From positions 96,001 through 160,000 of the forward strand of contig CAVSQW010000012.1 of the NCBI GenBank assembly GCA_963730185.1: a stretch of DNA of 64,000 nucleotides. Reading direction: 5' to 3'. The DNA comes from an uncultured Gemmatimonadales bacterium. Lineage in GTDB: Bacteria > Gemmatimonadota > Gemmatimonadetes > Gemmatimonadales > GWC2-71-9. Below the pieces are notes generated by a model. The model worked only from the letters and a program-made list of their open reading frames with translations. It was not told where the DNA came from and ran no database searches. The stretch's first letter is position 1. Every line of letters starts with the position of its first letter. Below are positions 51,102 to 61,496 of this stretch, piece after piece. Both the position numbers and the translations under genes were made by a program.

Positions 51102-52882
51102 GATCCGACTCCAGCGGCTTCGCTCCCCGACCAGATCCGGGGGACCAGCCAGAGCAGCCCGGCGCCGGTCGCCACGAAGACCACGGCCCAGAGGGTCGCC
51201 GGGCCGTTCCGCCCGTAGAGCCAGCTCCCGAACCCGAAGAGGGCGGCGAAGACGAAGGTGCAGCCCAGCACCCAGGCCAGAAAGGCATGCGGCAGGCTGT
51301 CGGGGGAGGGCGGCAACCCGGTTTCGGCCCGGATCGCCCGCCAGCCCGGACCGGCCGGCCGGGTCAGGCGATAGAACCGCTCCAGGGTGGATCGATCGGT
51401 CGGCCGGGTCAGGAAGGTGGCCGCGAGCCAGACGACGGTGGTGATCGCGACCGTCACGAGGAGGGACACGTGGGCCGGCACGCCCGCGCCCAGCCGGGCC
51501 GCGATGAAGAACCCGACTGCCACGACGAACGAGCTCACCATGGCCGCGATCTCGCTCCAGGCGTTGATTCGCCACCAGAACCAGCGGAGGAGATAGATCA
51601 GGCCGGTGCCGGCCCCGACCGACAGCATCAGGTCGAAGCTGGCTTTGGCCGAGTCGAGCACGAACGTGATGCTCGCCGCCACCAGCATCAGCAGCGCGGT
51701 GGTGATCCGGGCGACCAGGACGTAGTGGGCCTCGGCGCGGCCCGGCCGAAGGAAGCGACGATAGAAGTCGTGGACCAGGTAGGACGTTCCCCAGTTGAGC
51801 TGGGTCGAGATGGTGGAGACGTACGCCGCCAGCAGTCCGGCGATCATCAGTCCGAGGAACCCGGCCGGCAGGAACCGGAGCATGGCGGGATAGGCCATGT
51901 CGTGCCCGATCAGCCGGGGATCCACCCAGGGCAGCGTCCGGGCGATGTCGCCGAGGCTCGGGTAGACCAGGAGCGAGGCCAGCGCCACCAGGATCCAGGG
52001 CCAGGAGCGGACCGCATAGTGGGCCACGTTGAAGAACAGGGTGCCGGAGAGGGCATCGCGCTCGCTCCGCGACGCGAGGATCCGCTGGGCGATATAGCTG
52101 CCGCCACCCGGCTCGGACCCGGGATACCAGACCGACCACCATTGCACCGTGAGCGGGATGACCAGCACCGTCAGCGTCAGGCCCCAGTCGCCGAAGTCGG
52201 GCAGCAAGTTCAACTTGGCGGGATCGAGCCGGGTCAGGAGGCCGGAGAGCCCGCCGACCTCGGGCTGCTTCAAGGCGAAGTAGGCCGCGGCGATGGACCC
52301 GGTCATCGCGATCCCGAACTGGATGAAGTCGGTCACCAGCACGCCCCACAGGCCGGACGTCGCGGCGAACGCGATGCAGACCACCGCGGCGATGGCCAGC
52401 GTCTTTTCCATCGGCCAGCCGAGGACCACGTTCGCGATCTTGGCGGCGGCGAGGTTGACCGACGCCATGATGACGCAGTTGAAGAAGAGCCCCAGATAGA
52501 CCGCCCGAAAGCCGCGCACGAACGTGGCCGGCCGACCGGCATAGCGGATCTCGTAGAACTCGAGATCGGTCAGCATCCCGGACCGGCGCCAGAGCCGGGC
52601 GTAGAAGAAGACGGTCATCACCCCGGTGAGGAGAAACGACCACCAGACCCAGTTGGCGGACACGCCGTTCTCGCGGACCAGGTTCGTGACGAGGTTGGGC
52701 GTGTCGGTGCTGAAGGTGGTGGCGACCATCGACACGCCGATGAGCCACCACGGCGCCGACCGCCCCGACGTGAAGAACTCGGCCGTGCTGCTCCCCGCCC
52801 GCCGGGCCAGGAGGAGCGCCGGGGTGTAGGCGATCACCAGCGAGACGACGATGACGATCCAGTCCAGCGAGGTGAGCTGCAT
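51098..52882 (-). CDS. Sodium:solute symporter (SSS) family protein
   Basis: EFF.SGR..PWW..G.SMVATTF, SGLWGV..TD, AQR, AAYVST; many TM helices. Confidence 0.92.
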   Translation of the reverse strand: MQLTSLDWIVIVVSLVIAYTPALLLARRAGSSTAEFFTSGRSAPWWLIGVSMVATTFSTDTPNLVTNLVRENGVSANWVWWSFLLTGVMTVFFYARLWRRSGMLTDLEFYEIRYAGRPATFVRGFRAVYLGLFFNCVIMASVNLAAAKIANVVLGWPMEKTLAIAAVVCIAFAATSGLWGVLVTDFIQFGIAMTGSIAAAYFALKQPEVGGLSGLLTRLDPAKLNLLPDFGDWGLTLTVLVIPLTVQWWSVWYPGSEPGGGSYIAQRILASRSERDALSGTLFFNVAHYAVRSWPWILVALASLLVYPSLGDIARTLPWVDPRLIGHDMAYPAMLRFLPAGFLGLMIAGLLAAYVSTISTQLNWGTSYLVHDFYRRFLRPGRAEAHYVLVARITTALLMLVAASITFVLDSAKASFDLMLSVGAGTGLIYLLRWFWWRINAWSEIAAMVSSFVVAVGFFIAARLGAGVPAHVSLLVTVAITTVVWLAATFLTRPTDRSTLERFYRLTRPAGPGWRAIRAETGLPPSPDSLPHAFLAWVLGCTFVFAALFGFGSWLYGRNGPATLWAVVFVATGAGLLWLVPRIWSGSEAAGVGS

Positions 52883-52910
52883 GAAGGCTCGAGGTGGACG
52901 GGCGGACGGC

Positions 52911-52975
52911 GAGACGCCGGCGCGGGACACCGGCAGTGGACGCCGGCACGGGACGCCGGCACGGGACGCCGGAGC
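52911..52975. repeat. 13-bp tandem repeat, five copies
   Basis: GAGACGCCGGCGC GGGACACCGGCAG TGGACGCCGGCAC GGGACGCCGGCAC GGGACGCCGGAGC. Confidence 0.75.
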
Positions 52976-53035
52976 GGCGACCGGAGCCGAAGCTACCGCC
53001 ATCGCGGGGTCGGGACCAGTGGGGTACATTGCGGC

Positions 53036-53602
53036 ATGGTCACCACCCGCGGTCCGGTACGCCTCCAACGGATCGAGAGTCCGGTCGGGCGCCTGCTCGC
53101 CGGCGCCCGCGACGACGGCGCCTGCCTCCTGGAATTCGACGACCCCGCCCGGCTCCCCCGCCAGCTCCGCGACCTGGAACGCTACCTCGGCGCCCCCGAA
53201 GAGGGCTCCCACCCGATGATCGATCGGTTGGCGGTCGAGCTCGAGGAGTACTTTGCCGGCGAGCGGCAGCGGTTCGAGGTCCCGCTCGTCATCACGGGGA
53301 CACCGTTCCAGGAGAGCGTGTGGCAGGCCCTGCTCACTCTCCCTTACGGCCGGACCACCAGCTATTCGGAGCTGGCCGAACGGATCGGGCGACCCGGCGC
53401 GCAGCGAGCGGTCGGGCTGGCCAACGGCCGGAACCGGCTCGCGATCGTGGTGCCCTGTCACCGGGTGATCGAGCGGGCGGGCGGCCTCCGCGGTTACGGG
53501 GGCGGACTGTGGCGGAAGCAGTTCCTGCTCGACCTCGAGCGGCGGGTGGCCCCCACCGATCCACTGGCCGGAACGCCTCTGGGAGCGATCGCAGGCTCCT
53601 GA
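53036..53602 (+). CDS. ogt: Methylated-DNA--protein-cysteine S-methyltransferase
   Basis: GTPFQ..VW..L..LPYG.T.SY, RAVG.AN, VPCHRVI. Confidence 0.93.
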   Translation: MVTTRGPVRLQRIESPVGRLLAGARDDGACLLEFDDPARLPRQLRDLERYLGAPEEGSHPMIDRLAVELEEYFAGERQRFEVPLVITGTPFQESVWQALLTLPYGRTTSYSELAERIGRPGAQRAVGLANGRNRLAIVVPCHRVIERAGGLRGYGGGLWRKQFLLDLERRVAPTDPLAGTPLGAIAGS

Positions 53603-53623
53603 TCCCCGCCCTCGGGGCAACAT

Positions 53624-54553
53624 ATGGATATCCACGTACTGCTCAACCCGGCCGGCGACCGGGGTCGGGCCGGGGCGCACTGGGATCGGCTCGAGCCCCA
53701 AGCCCGAGTCCGCTTCCCGGACCTCACCGTGCACCGGGCAGACCACCCCGGCGACGTCGAGGCACGGGCCCGCGGGCTGGCCGCGGCGGCGAGGCCGGCG
53801 CTCTTGATCGCCGCCGGCGGCGACGGGACCTCCAACGAGGTGGTCAACGGACTGATCGCGGCCGGGCCCCCACCCGGCATCGTGATGGGCTGGCTGCCCC
53901 TCGGCTCGGGCAACGACCTGGCCCAGGCGGCCGGGACGCCGCGCGACCCGGCGCGGGCGGTGGCGAGCTGGAATCCGGCCCGGACCCGGCGGATCGACGT
54001 CGGCAGGGTCCGCTTTCGCGACCGGGCCGGCCGGAGAGTCGAGCGGATCTTCGGCAACTCGCTCACTGTCGGGCTGAGCACCGATGTGCTGGAGGAGGTG
54101 GCCCGCCAGCGAACCCTCCGCGGCCGGCTGGGCTACCTCGTCGCGGCGTTGATGGCAATCGCGAACGGCCGGGCCCGCCGGCTGACGATCCGGTCCCTCG
54201 ACGGGGCGCCGCTCTTCGAAGGGCCGAGCCTCCTGGTCGCGTTCACCAACGGGGCCCGGTTCGGCGCCGGGATGCGGATCGCCCCGTCGGCCCGACTGGA
54301 CGACGGCCAGCTCGATCTGGTCGCGGTGCCCAACCTGGGACGATTCGAGGCCCTCCGGATCTTCCCGCGGATCTACCGCGGCGGCCATCTCCGGTCGCCC
54401 CGGATCACGCACCGCGCCGTGGCCTCGGTCGTGATCGACCTCGACGAGCCCGCCCCGTTCGAGATCGACGGTGAGCTGATCGCCTGGGTGGCGTCACCCG
54501 TCGAGGTCGGCGTCCTCCCCTCGCGGCTCACGATCCTCTCGGCGGAGGGCTAG
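53624..54553 (+). CDS. Diacylglycerol kinase family lipid kinase
   Basis: LLNPAG, AGGDGTSNEV, PLGSGND, FGAG, DDG.LD, IDGE. Confidence 0.9.
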   Translation: MDIHVLLNPAGDRGRAGAHWDRLEPQARVRFPDLTVHRADHPGDVEARARGLAAAARPALLIAAGGDGTSNEVVNGLIAAGPPPGIVMGWLPLGSGNDLAQAAGTPRDPARAVASWNPARTRRIDVGRVRFRDRAGRRVERIFGNSLTVGLSTDVLEEVARQRTLRGRLGYLVAALMAIANGRARRLTIRSLDGAPLFEGPSLLVAFTNGARFGAGMRIAPSARLDDGQLDLVAVPNLGRFEALRIFPRIYRGGHLRSPRITHRAVASVVIDLDEPAPFEIDGELIAWVASPVEVGVLPSRLTILSAEG

Positions 54554-54562
54554 ATTTCCAGG

Positions 54563-56329
54563 GTGACGCTTCGCTCCTCCCCTTTCCGTTCGATCGGCTC
54601 GATCCTCCTTTGCGCGGTCCTCCCGACCTTGGCCCACGCGCAAGAGGTGCGGGTCCGGGTGGCCGACCCGACCGGTTATGCCACCATCGGCGCGATGGTG
54701 TCCCTGCTCGGCCCCGACAGCACGGTCAGCGCCCGAGGGATCGTGGGTGCGCTCGGACGGGTCCGGCTGGTCGCCGAGCCGGGCCCGTACCGGCTCCTGG
54801 TCGAGCGGCCCGGGTTCGTCGACACCATCCCAGCCAGGCTGACCATCGGGCCCGACGGCACCGACAGCCTTCTGGTCCAGGTCGGCGTCACCCGACCCAC
54901 CTTGCCGGGCCGACTCAGCCGGCTCCCCGACCGGTGCACGACCCCCGGGCTTCCGGCGGAGCTGAGATCGATGTGGCGGGAAATCCGGAAGACCTTTCGG
55001 GTCGTGCTGACCACCGAGGATGACCACCTGGCCGATCTCGGGGTCGCGGCCTTCACCCGGCAGCTCTCCAGCGGCCTCAAGATCGATGACGAGCACGTGA
55101 CCACCCTGCTGGAGGCGACCAACCGGCCCGCCAACGCGCTCGCCCCGGCCGACCTGGTCCGGCAAGGGTACTTCGTCCGGACCGCGGACAGCGCCCGCTG
55201 GGCCGCGCCCGACATCCGACTCTTCCTCGACCCCGACTTCACGGCGACCCACTGCTTCGGCCTGGTGAACGGCACCGACAAGCGAGTCGGTCATCTCGGC
55301 CTGGCCTTCGCGCCGGTCGCGAGCGGGCGAGTGGACCTGGCCGGCACCTTTTGGGTGGAGACCACCCGGCGCGAGCTCCGAGCGACGGACTACCACTTCA
55401 CCAACCTGCCGAAGGACTGGCACCCCGACCGGGTGGGCGGCTCGATCGAGACCCATACGATGCCGCCGGGGTTCTGGGTCACCCGGTTCTGGTATCAGCG
55501 GACGCCGGAGCTCCGGCTGGGCGAGGAGCCGCGGAAGGACCGGCTGACGGGCTACGCGGAGGCCGGCGGCGAGGTCACCTCGGTCACCCCGGCGATCGAC
55601 ACCACCGACCGGATGGCGGCGGCGATGCTCCTGGCCCAGCGCGAGCGGGAGCGGCGCGCGGTCGTCGCCCGGGTGGAAGGGTTGGTGACCGACACCCTCG
55701 GCTTCCCGGTTCCCAACGCCGAAGTCTCGATCCTGGGGACCGATTATCACACCCAGGCCGACAGCAGCGGCCACTTCGTCCTGGACGGGCTCCCGCCGGG
55801 CCCCCAGATCGCCCGGGCGCGGAAGATCGGCTACCGGGTCCAGTACTTCGTGCTCCGGCTGCAGGCGGGTCAGGTGTGGGACGGGAAGGTGGCGATCGCC
55901 CGGCAGCCCCCCCACCTGGGCGACATCGTGGTCACCGGGCGGTGGGGCAAGCCCGCCCGTTACGCCAACACCACCAAGTACGACGACTTCTACCGGCGCC
56001 GGGCCAGCAAGGCGGGGTACTTCATCACCCGTCCCCAGATCGACTCGCTCGCGGCGGGCCACATCTCCGAGCTGCTCCACAACATCCCCGGGGTGCGCGT
56101 CTCCTACGGCACGCCGGGCGTGAACGAAGAGGTGTCGTTCCTGACCTGCCAGCCCGACAACATCGCGGTCTGGATCGACGGCCAGCGGATGAGCGGCAAC
56201 GTGGGCGACGTCCTGCCGCTGATCGCGGCCACCGACGTGGAGGCGATGGAGGTGTATCAGCGCCAGTCGTCGGTGCCGGCCGAGTTCCGGGACGACGCCT
56301 GCGCGGCGATCGTCCTCTGGACTCGTTAG
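54563..56329 (+). CDS. Tandem carboxypeptidase-regulatory-like domains + C-terminal TonB plug-like domain protein
   Basis: Signal peptide (AHA-Q); two PxxxA.V..G.F units; FITR.QI..IPGV..WIDG..MEVY..CAAIVLWTR. Confidence 0.75.
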   Translation: MTLRSSPFRSIGSILLCAVLPTLAHAQEVRVRVADPTGYATIGAMVSLLGPDSTVSARGIVGALGRVRLVAEPGPYRLLVERPGFVDTIPARLTIGPDGTDSLLVQVGVTRPTLPGRLSRLPDRCTTPGLPAELRSMWREIRKTFRVVLTTEDDHLADLGVAAFTRQLSSGLKIDDEHVTTLLEATNRPANALAPADLVRQGYFVRTADSARWAAPDIRLFLDPDFTATHCFGLVNGTDKRVGHLGLAFAPVASGRVDLAGTFWVETTRRELRATDYHFTNLPKDWHPDRVGGSIETHTMPPGFWVTRFWYQRTPELRLGEEPRKDRLTGYAEAGGEVTSVTPAIDTTDRMAAAMLLAQRERERRAVVARVEGLVTDTLGFPVPNAEVSILGTDYHTQADSSGHFVLDGLPPGPQIARARKIGYRVQYFVLRLQAGQVWDGKVAIARQPPHLGDIVVTGRWGKPARYANTTKYDDFYRRRASKAGYFITRPQIDSLAAGHISELLHNIPGVRVSYGTPGVNEEVSFLTCQPDNIAVWIDGQRMSGNVGDVLPLIAATDVEAMEVYQRQSSVPAEFRDDACAAIVLWTR

Positions 56330-56346
56330 GCAGGCGAGACCGGGCC

Positions 56347-58977
56347 TTACTCCGCGCCGAGCACGCGGACCGGATCCACCCGGGCCGCTCGCAGGGCCGG
56401 CAGCACGCAGGTTCCCAGCGCGACCACCGCCAGGACGCCGGCCACCCCGACGAGGGTGGCCGGATCGGCCGGGGCCACATGGAACAGCATCTGCCGGAGC
56501 ACCCGGGCCCCCACGATCGCCCCGACCATCCCGAGCGCCAGCCCGAGACCGGCGAGCCGAGCCCCCCGCCCGATCACCAGACCCAGAATCGACCTCCGCT
56601 CCGCGCCCAGCGCCACCCGGATCCCGAGCTCGCGGGTCCGTTCGGCCACGCTCCGGGCCAGGAGCCCGTAGATTCCCGCCGCCGCGAGGAGCAGCGCGGT
56701 GAGGCCGAAGGCCTCGAACAGTCGCATCAACAACCGGCGCTGCTTGGTCGCCGCTCCCAACAACTCGTCGCCCGTGGCGAGCTTGCTCAGGGCCAGCTCG
56801 GGGTCGACCGACCAGACGGCCCGGCGGACGGCCGCCGCCGCGGCGGCCGGGTTATCGCTGGTTCGGACCACCAGGGCACCGTTCTCGGCGTACGGCCACT
56901 GGGTCGAAGGGACGTAGAACTGGGGGCTCTGGCGGGTATCGAGCCCGGTGTGCCTCACGTCGCCCACGATGCCGACGACCGTCCGCCAGCCGGAGCCGCC
57001 GACCTGGATCCGCTGGCCGATCGGATCCTCACCGGGCCAGGACCCCTCAGCGAAGGTCCGGTTGATCAACGCGACCGGCGGCGCGCCGGCCCGATCCGCG
57101 GCGGTGAAGCCCCGCCCTCGGAGCACCGGAATCTTCATGGTGGCCAGGTAGTCCGGTGACACGGAGTAACGGTCGGCAGCCGGCGCGTCCTCGGGGTTGT
57201 CGAGCGGCTTGGACTCGATCAGGACGCCGTAGCGATCGAAGTTCCCGCTCAAGGGGATCTGGCTCGCGAAGCCGGCCGCGACCGCTCCCGGCACGGCCCG
57301 GACCGCCTCGAGGATCTGGCCCTGGGCCCGCCAGAGGGTCGAGTCCTCACGGTACCGGGGTCCCGAGGCGTCGACCTCCATGGTCACCAGGTGATCCGGC
57401 GCGAACCCCGGGTCGACGGCCAACACTTCGCCAAGGCTCCGAACCAAGAGGCCAGCCCCGGTCAGGAGCATGACCGCGAGGGCGACCTCGGTCACCACCA
57501 GACCGCCCGTGACCCGGCGGCTCCGCCGGGAGTCGGTGACCGACCGGGTGGCCAGGCCCAGAGGCCGGCGACCAGCGCCGAGCAGGGCGGGGCCCAACCC
57601 GCCGAGCACCGTGACCGGTACGGTGAGGCCCAGGGCGAGCGCCAGGGTGGCGCCGTCGATCCGAACCAGGGCGATCCGGGGAAGCTGGGCCTCGCTGGCC
57701 AGCAACAGCTTGATCCCGAGCGCGGCGAGCCCGAGCCCGCCCAAGGCCCCGCCCAGAGCCAGGAGCCAGCCTTCGGCCAGCTGCTGGCGGGTCAGCGCCC
57801 AGCGCCCCGCGCCCAGGGCGGACCGCACGGAGAGCTCGCTCCGCCGGCCGACGGCTCTGGCCACCAGCAGGTTGGCGACGTTGGCCGCCGCGATCAGGAG
57901 CACGAAGAGGCCGGCGACAAGGGCCAAGGTCACGGCGGGCCGGGCCTGCTGGGTGATCTGCGCGGACAGGGGGACCGCGTCGAGCCCGACCGAGGCGTAA
58001 TCCTCGGGGTGATCGTGACGGTAACGGGCCTGCAACTGATCGAGCTCCGCGGCCACCACAGGCGCCGGTGTGCCGGACCGGAGCCGGGCGACCACCCGAA
58101 GGTGGCGGCAGGTCCGGCAGGCGTACGGAAGCGACACGTCGTACCCGAGCGGGCGCCAGAGCTCGGCGCCCGGCGTAATGATGCTCTCGAAAGTGCCAGG
58201 CAGCACCCCGACGACTTGGTACGGCATCCCGCTCACCGAGATCTGGCGCCCGACCACGGACGAGTCGGCCCCGAAGCGCCGGCGCCAGAGCCCGTCGCTC
58301 AGGATGACGACCCGGTTCTGGCCCCGGGCGTCCTCACTCGGCGTGAAGTCCCGACCCAGGGCCGGAGTCACCCCGAGCGTCTTGAAATAGTCGGCGCCGA
58401 CGCTCTCGCCCAGGAGGCGCTCCGGCGGGCCGTCGACCCCGCTGACGACCGGGGTCCAGTAGCTGATCGCCGCCGCGGACCGGAGGCCCCGGGCGTCCCG
58501 CTGGAGGTCGGCGAAGGTGGCGTAGCCGAGGTTGTCTTCCGAGCCGTTCGGGCCGCGCTCCCAGATCATCGCGAGCCGGTCGGGCTCCGGATACGGCAAC
58601 GGCTCGAAGAGGATCGGGTTGGCGACACTGAAGACCGCGGTGGTGGCCCCGATGCCGAGCGCCACCGTGCCCATCACCACGAGGGAGTGGCTCGGGGCCC
58701 GACGAAGCGACCGAAGCGCGGCCCGAAGATCGAGCAGAAAGCTCTGCATGGCGGAATCTCCTCGCCGGCGCCGCCGGCGTCCCCGAGCGACGAATCGCAG
58801 CTGCACGAGGGCAGTGATCGTCTGACGCCAGAACCAGCGATTGGCCGCGCGCGGGGCCGAGTCGGCGGCGAGGCGGGCCCTGGCTTCCTCCAGATCGCCG
58901 ATCAGCGACTCCCGCTCCGGCTCCGGCAGGAACCGGCCGAGCAGCCAGAGCGCCAGCCGGGGCGAGCGGTGGCTCAC
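56347..58977 (-). CDS. ADOP-type duplicated ABC permease (MacB/FtsX)
   Basis: DL..ALRSL.R.P, ALGIGA.TA.FS, two MacB/FtsX halves, R.RELGIRVALGA, PA.RA.RVDP. Confidence 0.92.
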   Translation of the reverse strand: MSHRSPRLALWLLGRFLPEPERESLIGDLEEARARLAADSAPRAANRWFWRQTITALVQLRFVARGRRRRRRGDSAMQSFLLDLRAALRSLRRAPSHSLVVMGTVALGIGATTAVFSVANPILFEPLPYPEPDRLAMIWERGPNGSEDNLGYATFADLQRDARGLRSAAAISYWTPVVSGVDGPPERLLGESVGADYFKTLGVTPALGRDFTPSEDARGQNRVVILSDGLWRRRFGADSSVVGRQISVSGMPYQVVGVLPGTFESIITPGAELWRPLGYDVSLPYACRTCRHLRVVARLRSGTPAPVVAAELDQLQARYRHDHPEDYASVGLDAVPLSAQITQQARPAVTLALVAGLFVLLIAAANVANLLVARAVGRRSELSVRSALGAGRWALTRQQLAEGWLLALGGALGGLGLAALGIKLLLASEAQLPRIALVRIDGATLALALGLTVPVTVLGGLGPALLGAGRRPLGLATRSVTDSRRSRRVTGGLVVTEVALAVMLLTGAGLLVRSLGEVLAVDPGFAPDHLVTMEVDASGPRYREDSTLWRAQGQILEAVRAVPGAVAAGFASQIPLSGNFDRYGVLIESKPLDNPEDAPAADRYSVSPDYLATMKIPVLRGRGFTAADRAGAPPVALINRTFAEGSWPGEDPIGQRIQVGGSGWRTVVGIVGDVRHTGLDTRQSPQFYVPSTQWPYAENGALVVRTSDNPAAAAAAVRRAVWSVDPELALSKLATGDELLGAATKQRRLLMRLFEAFGLTALLLAAAGIYGLLARSVAERTRELGIRVALGAERRSILGLVIGRGARLAGLGLALGMVGAIVGARVLRQMLFHVAPADPATLVGVAGVLAVVALGTCVLPALRAARVDPVRVLGAE

Positions 58978-59303
58978 GGGCGCGCCTCGCCGAGCACCTC
59001 GAGTCCGTCGGCCAGCCCGCGGATGGCGCCGACCGACGCCCGGATGGCCTTCCGCCCCGGCGCCAGGAGCCGGTAGTGGCGCTTGCGACGGCCGCCCCGG
59101 ACCGGCGTCGGCTCCCCGAAACGGGAGCTGACGTACCCTTTGCCCTCGAGTCGGCTCAGGGCCTTGTAGATGGTGCCGAGGGCCGGTCGGCGCCCGGTCC
59201 GGCGCTCGATCTCGTCGTAGATGGCGACGCCGTAGGCCTCGTCGCCCAGCCGGGCGAGGGCCAGCAGCACCAGGAGCTCGAGCTCGCCGAGGATGGTGTC
59301 CAT
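58974..59303 (-). CDS. PadR family transcriptional regulator
   Basis: LGELELLVLLAL, AYG, GTIY.AL.RLE.KG, RGGR.KR.Y. Confidence 0.93.
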   Translation of the reverse strand: MDTILGELELLVLLALARLGDEAYGVAIYDEIERRTGRRPALGTIYKALSRLEGKGYVSSRFGEPTPVRGGRRKRHYRLLAPGRKAIRASVGAIRGLADGLEVLGEARP

Positions 59304-59382
59304 CGATTACCCTGTCTTAGACAGAGTAATAGGTACGACCTCGCGGCTCCCGCCGCAAGATCGGACTGGCTTGGATTCGGGA

Positions 59383-60736
59383 TCAGCTGGCCTGGCGGAG
59401 CGCCTCGTGAAGGACGGCCAGGGCGTAGTCGACGTCGTCGGCCGTGATCGAGAGGGGGGGCTTGATCCGGAGGACGTTGCCGTCGATCCCGCCCTTCCCG
59501 ACCAGGAGGCCCATCTCCTTGGTCGCCTCGAGCACGTCGGCGGTGCGGCCAGTCGCGGGCGCCCGGGTGGCGCGGTCGTCGACCAGCTCGACGCCCAGCA
59601 TCAGCCCCATCCCGCGGACATCGCCGATCAGGGTGTGCTCTTCGGCCAGCCGGTCGAGGCCCGCCTTGAGCTTGCCGCCCACGACCCGGGCGTTCTCCTG
59701 GAGCCCCTCCTGGTCGATCACGTCGAGCACCGCGTCGGCCGCCACGGCGGCGACCGGGTTACCACCGAAGGTATTGAGATGGAGTCCGCTGGGTCAGCGC
59801 CTTGGCGATCTCGGCCCGGGTGGTCACAGCGGCGATGGTGGTGCCGTTGCCGAGGCCTTTGGCCATGGTGACGATGTCGGGGGTGACGCCCCAATTCTCG
59901 AAGCCCCAGTAGTGGGTGCCCGTCCGTCCGAACCCGGTCTGGACCTCGTCGGCGATGCAGAGGCCCCCGGCGGCCCGGGCGGCCTGATAGGCCTCGCGGA
60001 GGTAGTTCGGCGCCCCGTGGGTGGCACCGCCCACGCCCTGGATCGGCTCGGCGATGTAGGCGGCGATCTTGCCCGGGGTGGAGTAGCGGATCAGGTCGCG
60101 CATCTCCGCCACGCTCCGGGAGGCGATCTCCTCGGGCGTGCCGGTGAACGGGCTCCGGTAGGGATCGGGACAGAACGTGTGGTGGATCCCGAAGCTCTGC
60201 GGCACCGGGTGCTTCCAGGTGGAGTGCGAGGTGAGCCCGGTGGCCGCCGGCGACCCGCCGTGATAGGCGTTCCGGACCCCGATCACGTCGTAGTTGCCGG
60301 TGAAGAGCCGGGCCATCGTGATGGCCAGGTCGTTGGCCTCGCTGCCGCTGTTGACGAAGTAGGTCACCTCGAGGCCGGGCGGCATCTTGGCGGCCAGCTT
60401 CTTGGCCAGGCGGGGCAGGTTCGGATTGAGATAGACGGTCGTGGTGTGCTGCAGGGTGTCGATCTGGTCCTTGATCCGCTCCACGATCGTCGGGTGGCAG
60501 TGGCCACAGGCCACCGTCACGATCCCGGCGAAGAAATCGAGGTAGCGCTTGCCGGTTTCGTCCCAGACGAACTGCCCTTTCCCCTCCACGATCATGAGCG
60601 GGTCGCGGTAGAGCATGAACAGCGACGGGTGGAGGTACTGCTTCCGCATCGCGAGCACTTCGGCCTTGGTCGGTCCGTGATAGGGCCGGGGCTGGTGGTC
60701 GGTGGCGGGCATGGCGGGAAGGGCGGCGGTGGTCAT
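59383..60736 (-). CDS. Class III PLP aminotransferase, AGXT2/beta-alanine-pyruvate-like (frameshift near 59770)
   Basis: YLDFFAGIVT..GHCHP, NSGSEAN, EPIQGVGG, DEVQTGFGRTG, MAKG.GNG, VRG.GLM. Confidence 0.88.
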
Positions 60737-61494
60737 GGGGCAGCTCTGCGGGTCGAAGGTGGTTCCGGGAAGATAGAGGGTGGGGAGGAGCGGGGGGAGA
60801 CGAAGTCTCGCACCAGCTCGGCGAAGACCTGGGGCCGCTCCAGACTCACGCCGTGGCCCACCTCAGGCACGATCCGAAGCGTCGCTCGGCGCGCCCCGGC
60901 CAAGTTGGCGCGCTCACCCCACCGGTGGCGGCGGTCCCGAGCCCCGTTGATCAGCATGACCGGGGCGTCGATCCCCGCGAGGAGCGTCCGGAAGTCCACC
61001 CGCCGGAGCTCGGCCACCGCCTCGGCGAAGGCCGCCGGGCGGATCGCTCCTTCGACCACGGCTGCGCCGGCCTCGCAGTCACGCGGCAGCCGAGCCTCGA
61101 GGGTCCGCCGGAGGCGCTCGGCCGGGATCAGGCGCGAGAGGGCGATCTGAGCGAGGTAGAGGAGCAGCGTGGGGCCCTCGAAGCTCGCCGTGCACCCGCC
61201 GAGGACGGCGCCCCCGAGCCGCTGGCCGAGGCCGGCGGCGGCGGCCAGCGACACGTAGCTGCCGAGCGAATCGCCGACGAGCACGACCGAGGCAGTGCCG
61301 AGCCCGGACGCGGCCTGATCCACGACTGAGACCGCCCGGGAGAGGGTGAAGGCCTCGTCGGCTCGCTCGCCGTGCCCGGGGAGGTCGAGCGTGGCCGTCC
61401 GCCATTCCGACGGGAGGGCCGCGATCACGGGATCCCACATCCGCCGGTTCAGCACCGCACCGTGAACGAAGAGCAGCGCCGGGGGCGAGGACAC
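60733..61494 (-). CDS. Alpha/beta hydrolase
   Basis: FVHG, DLPGHG, GDSLG nucleophile elbow, G..D, GH. Confidence 0.88.
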   Translation of the reverse strand: MSSPPALLFVHGAVLNRRMWDPVIAALPSEWRTATLDLPGHGERADEAFTLSRAVSVVDQAASGLGTASVVLVGDSLGSYVSLAAAAGLGQRLGGAVLGGCTASFEGPTLLLYLAQIALSRLIPAERLRRTLEARLPRDCEAGAAVVEGAIRPAAFAEAVAELRRVDFRTLLAGIDAPVMLINGARDRRHRWGERANLAGARRATLRIVPEVGHGVSLERPQVFAELVRDFVSPRSSPPSIFPEPPSTRRAAP

Positions 61495-61496
61495 GA

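Noticed and set aside
52911..52975. 13-bp repeats or the heptamer arrays as a CRISPR array
   Set aside because: Repeats are too short, have no unique spacers, and no cas genes are present
51098..54412. 1104-aa fused ORF, and the 778-aa and 887-aa ORFs over the kinase and transferase
   Set aside because: The upstream extensions are read-through in alternative or antisense frames; real starts are at 52882, 51101 and 50286
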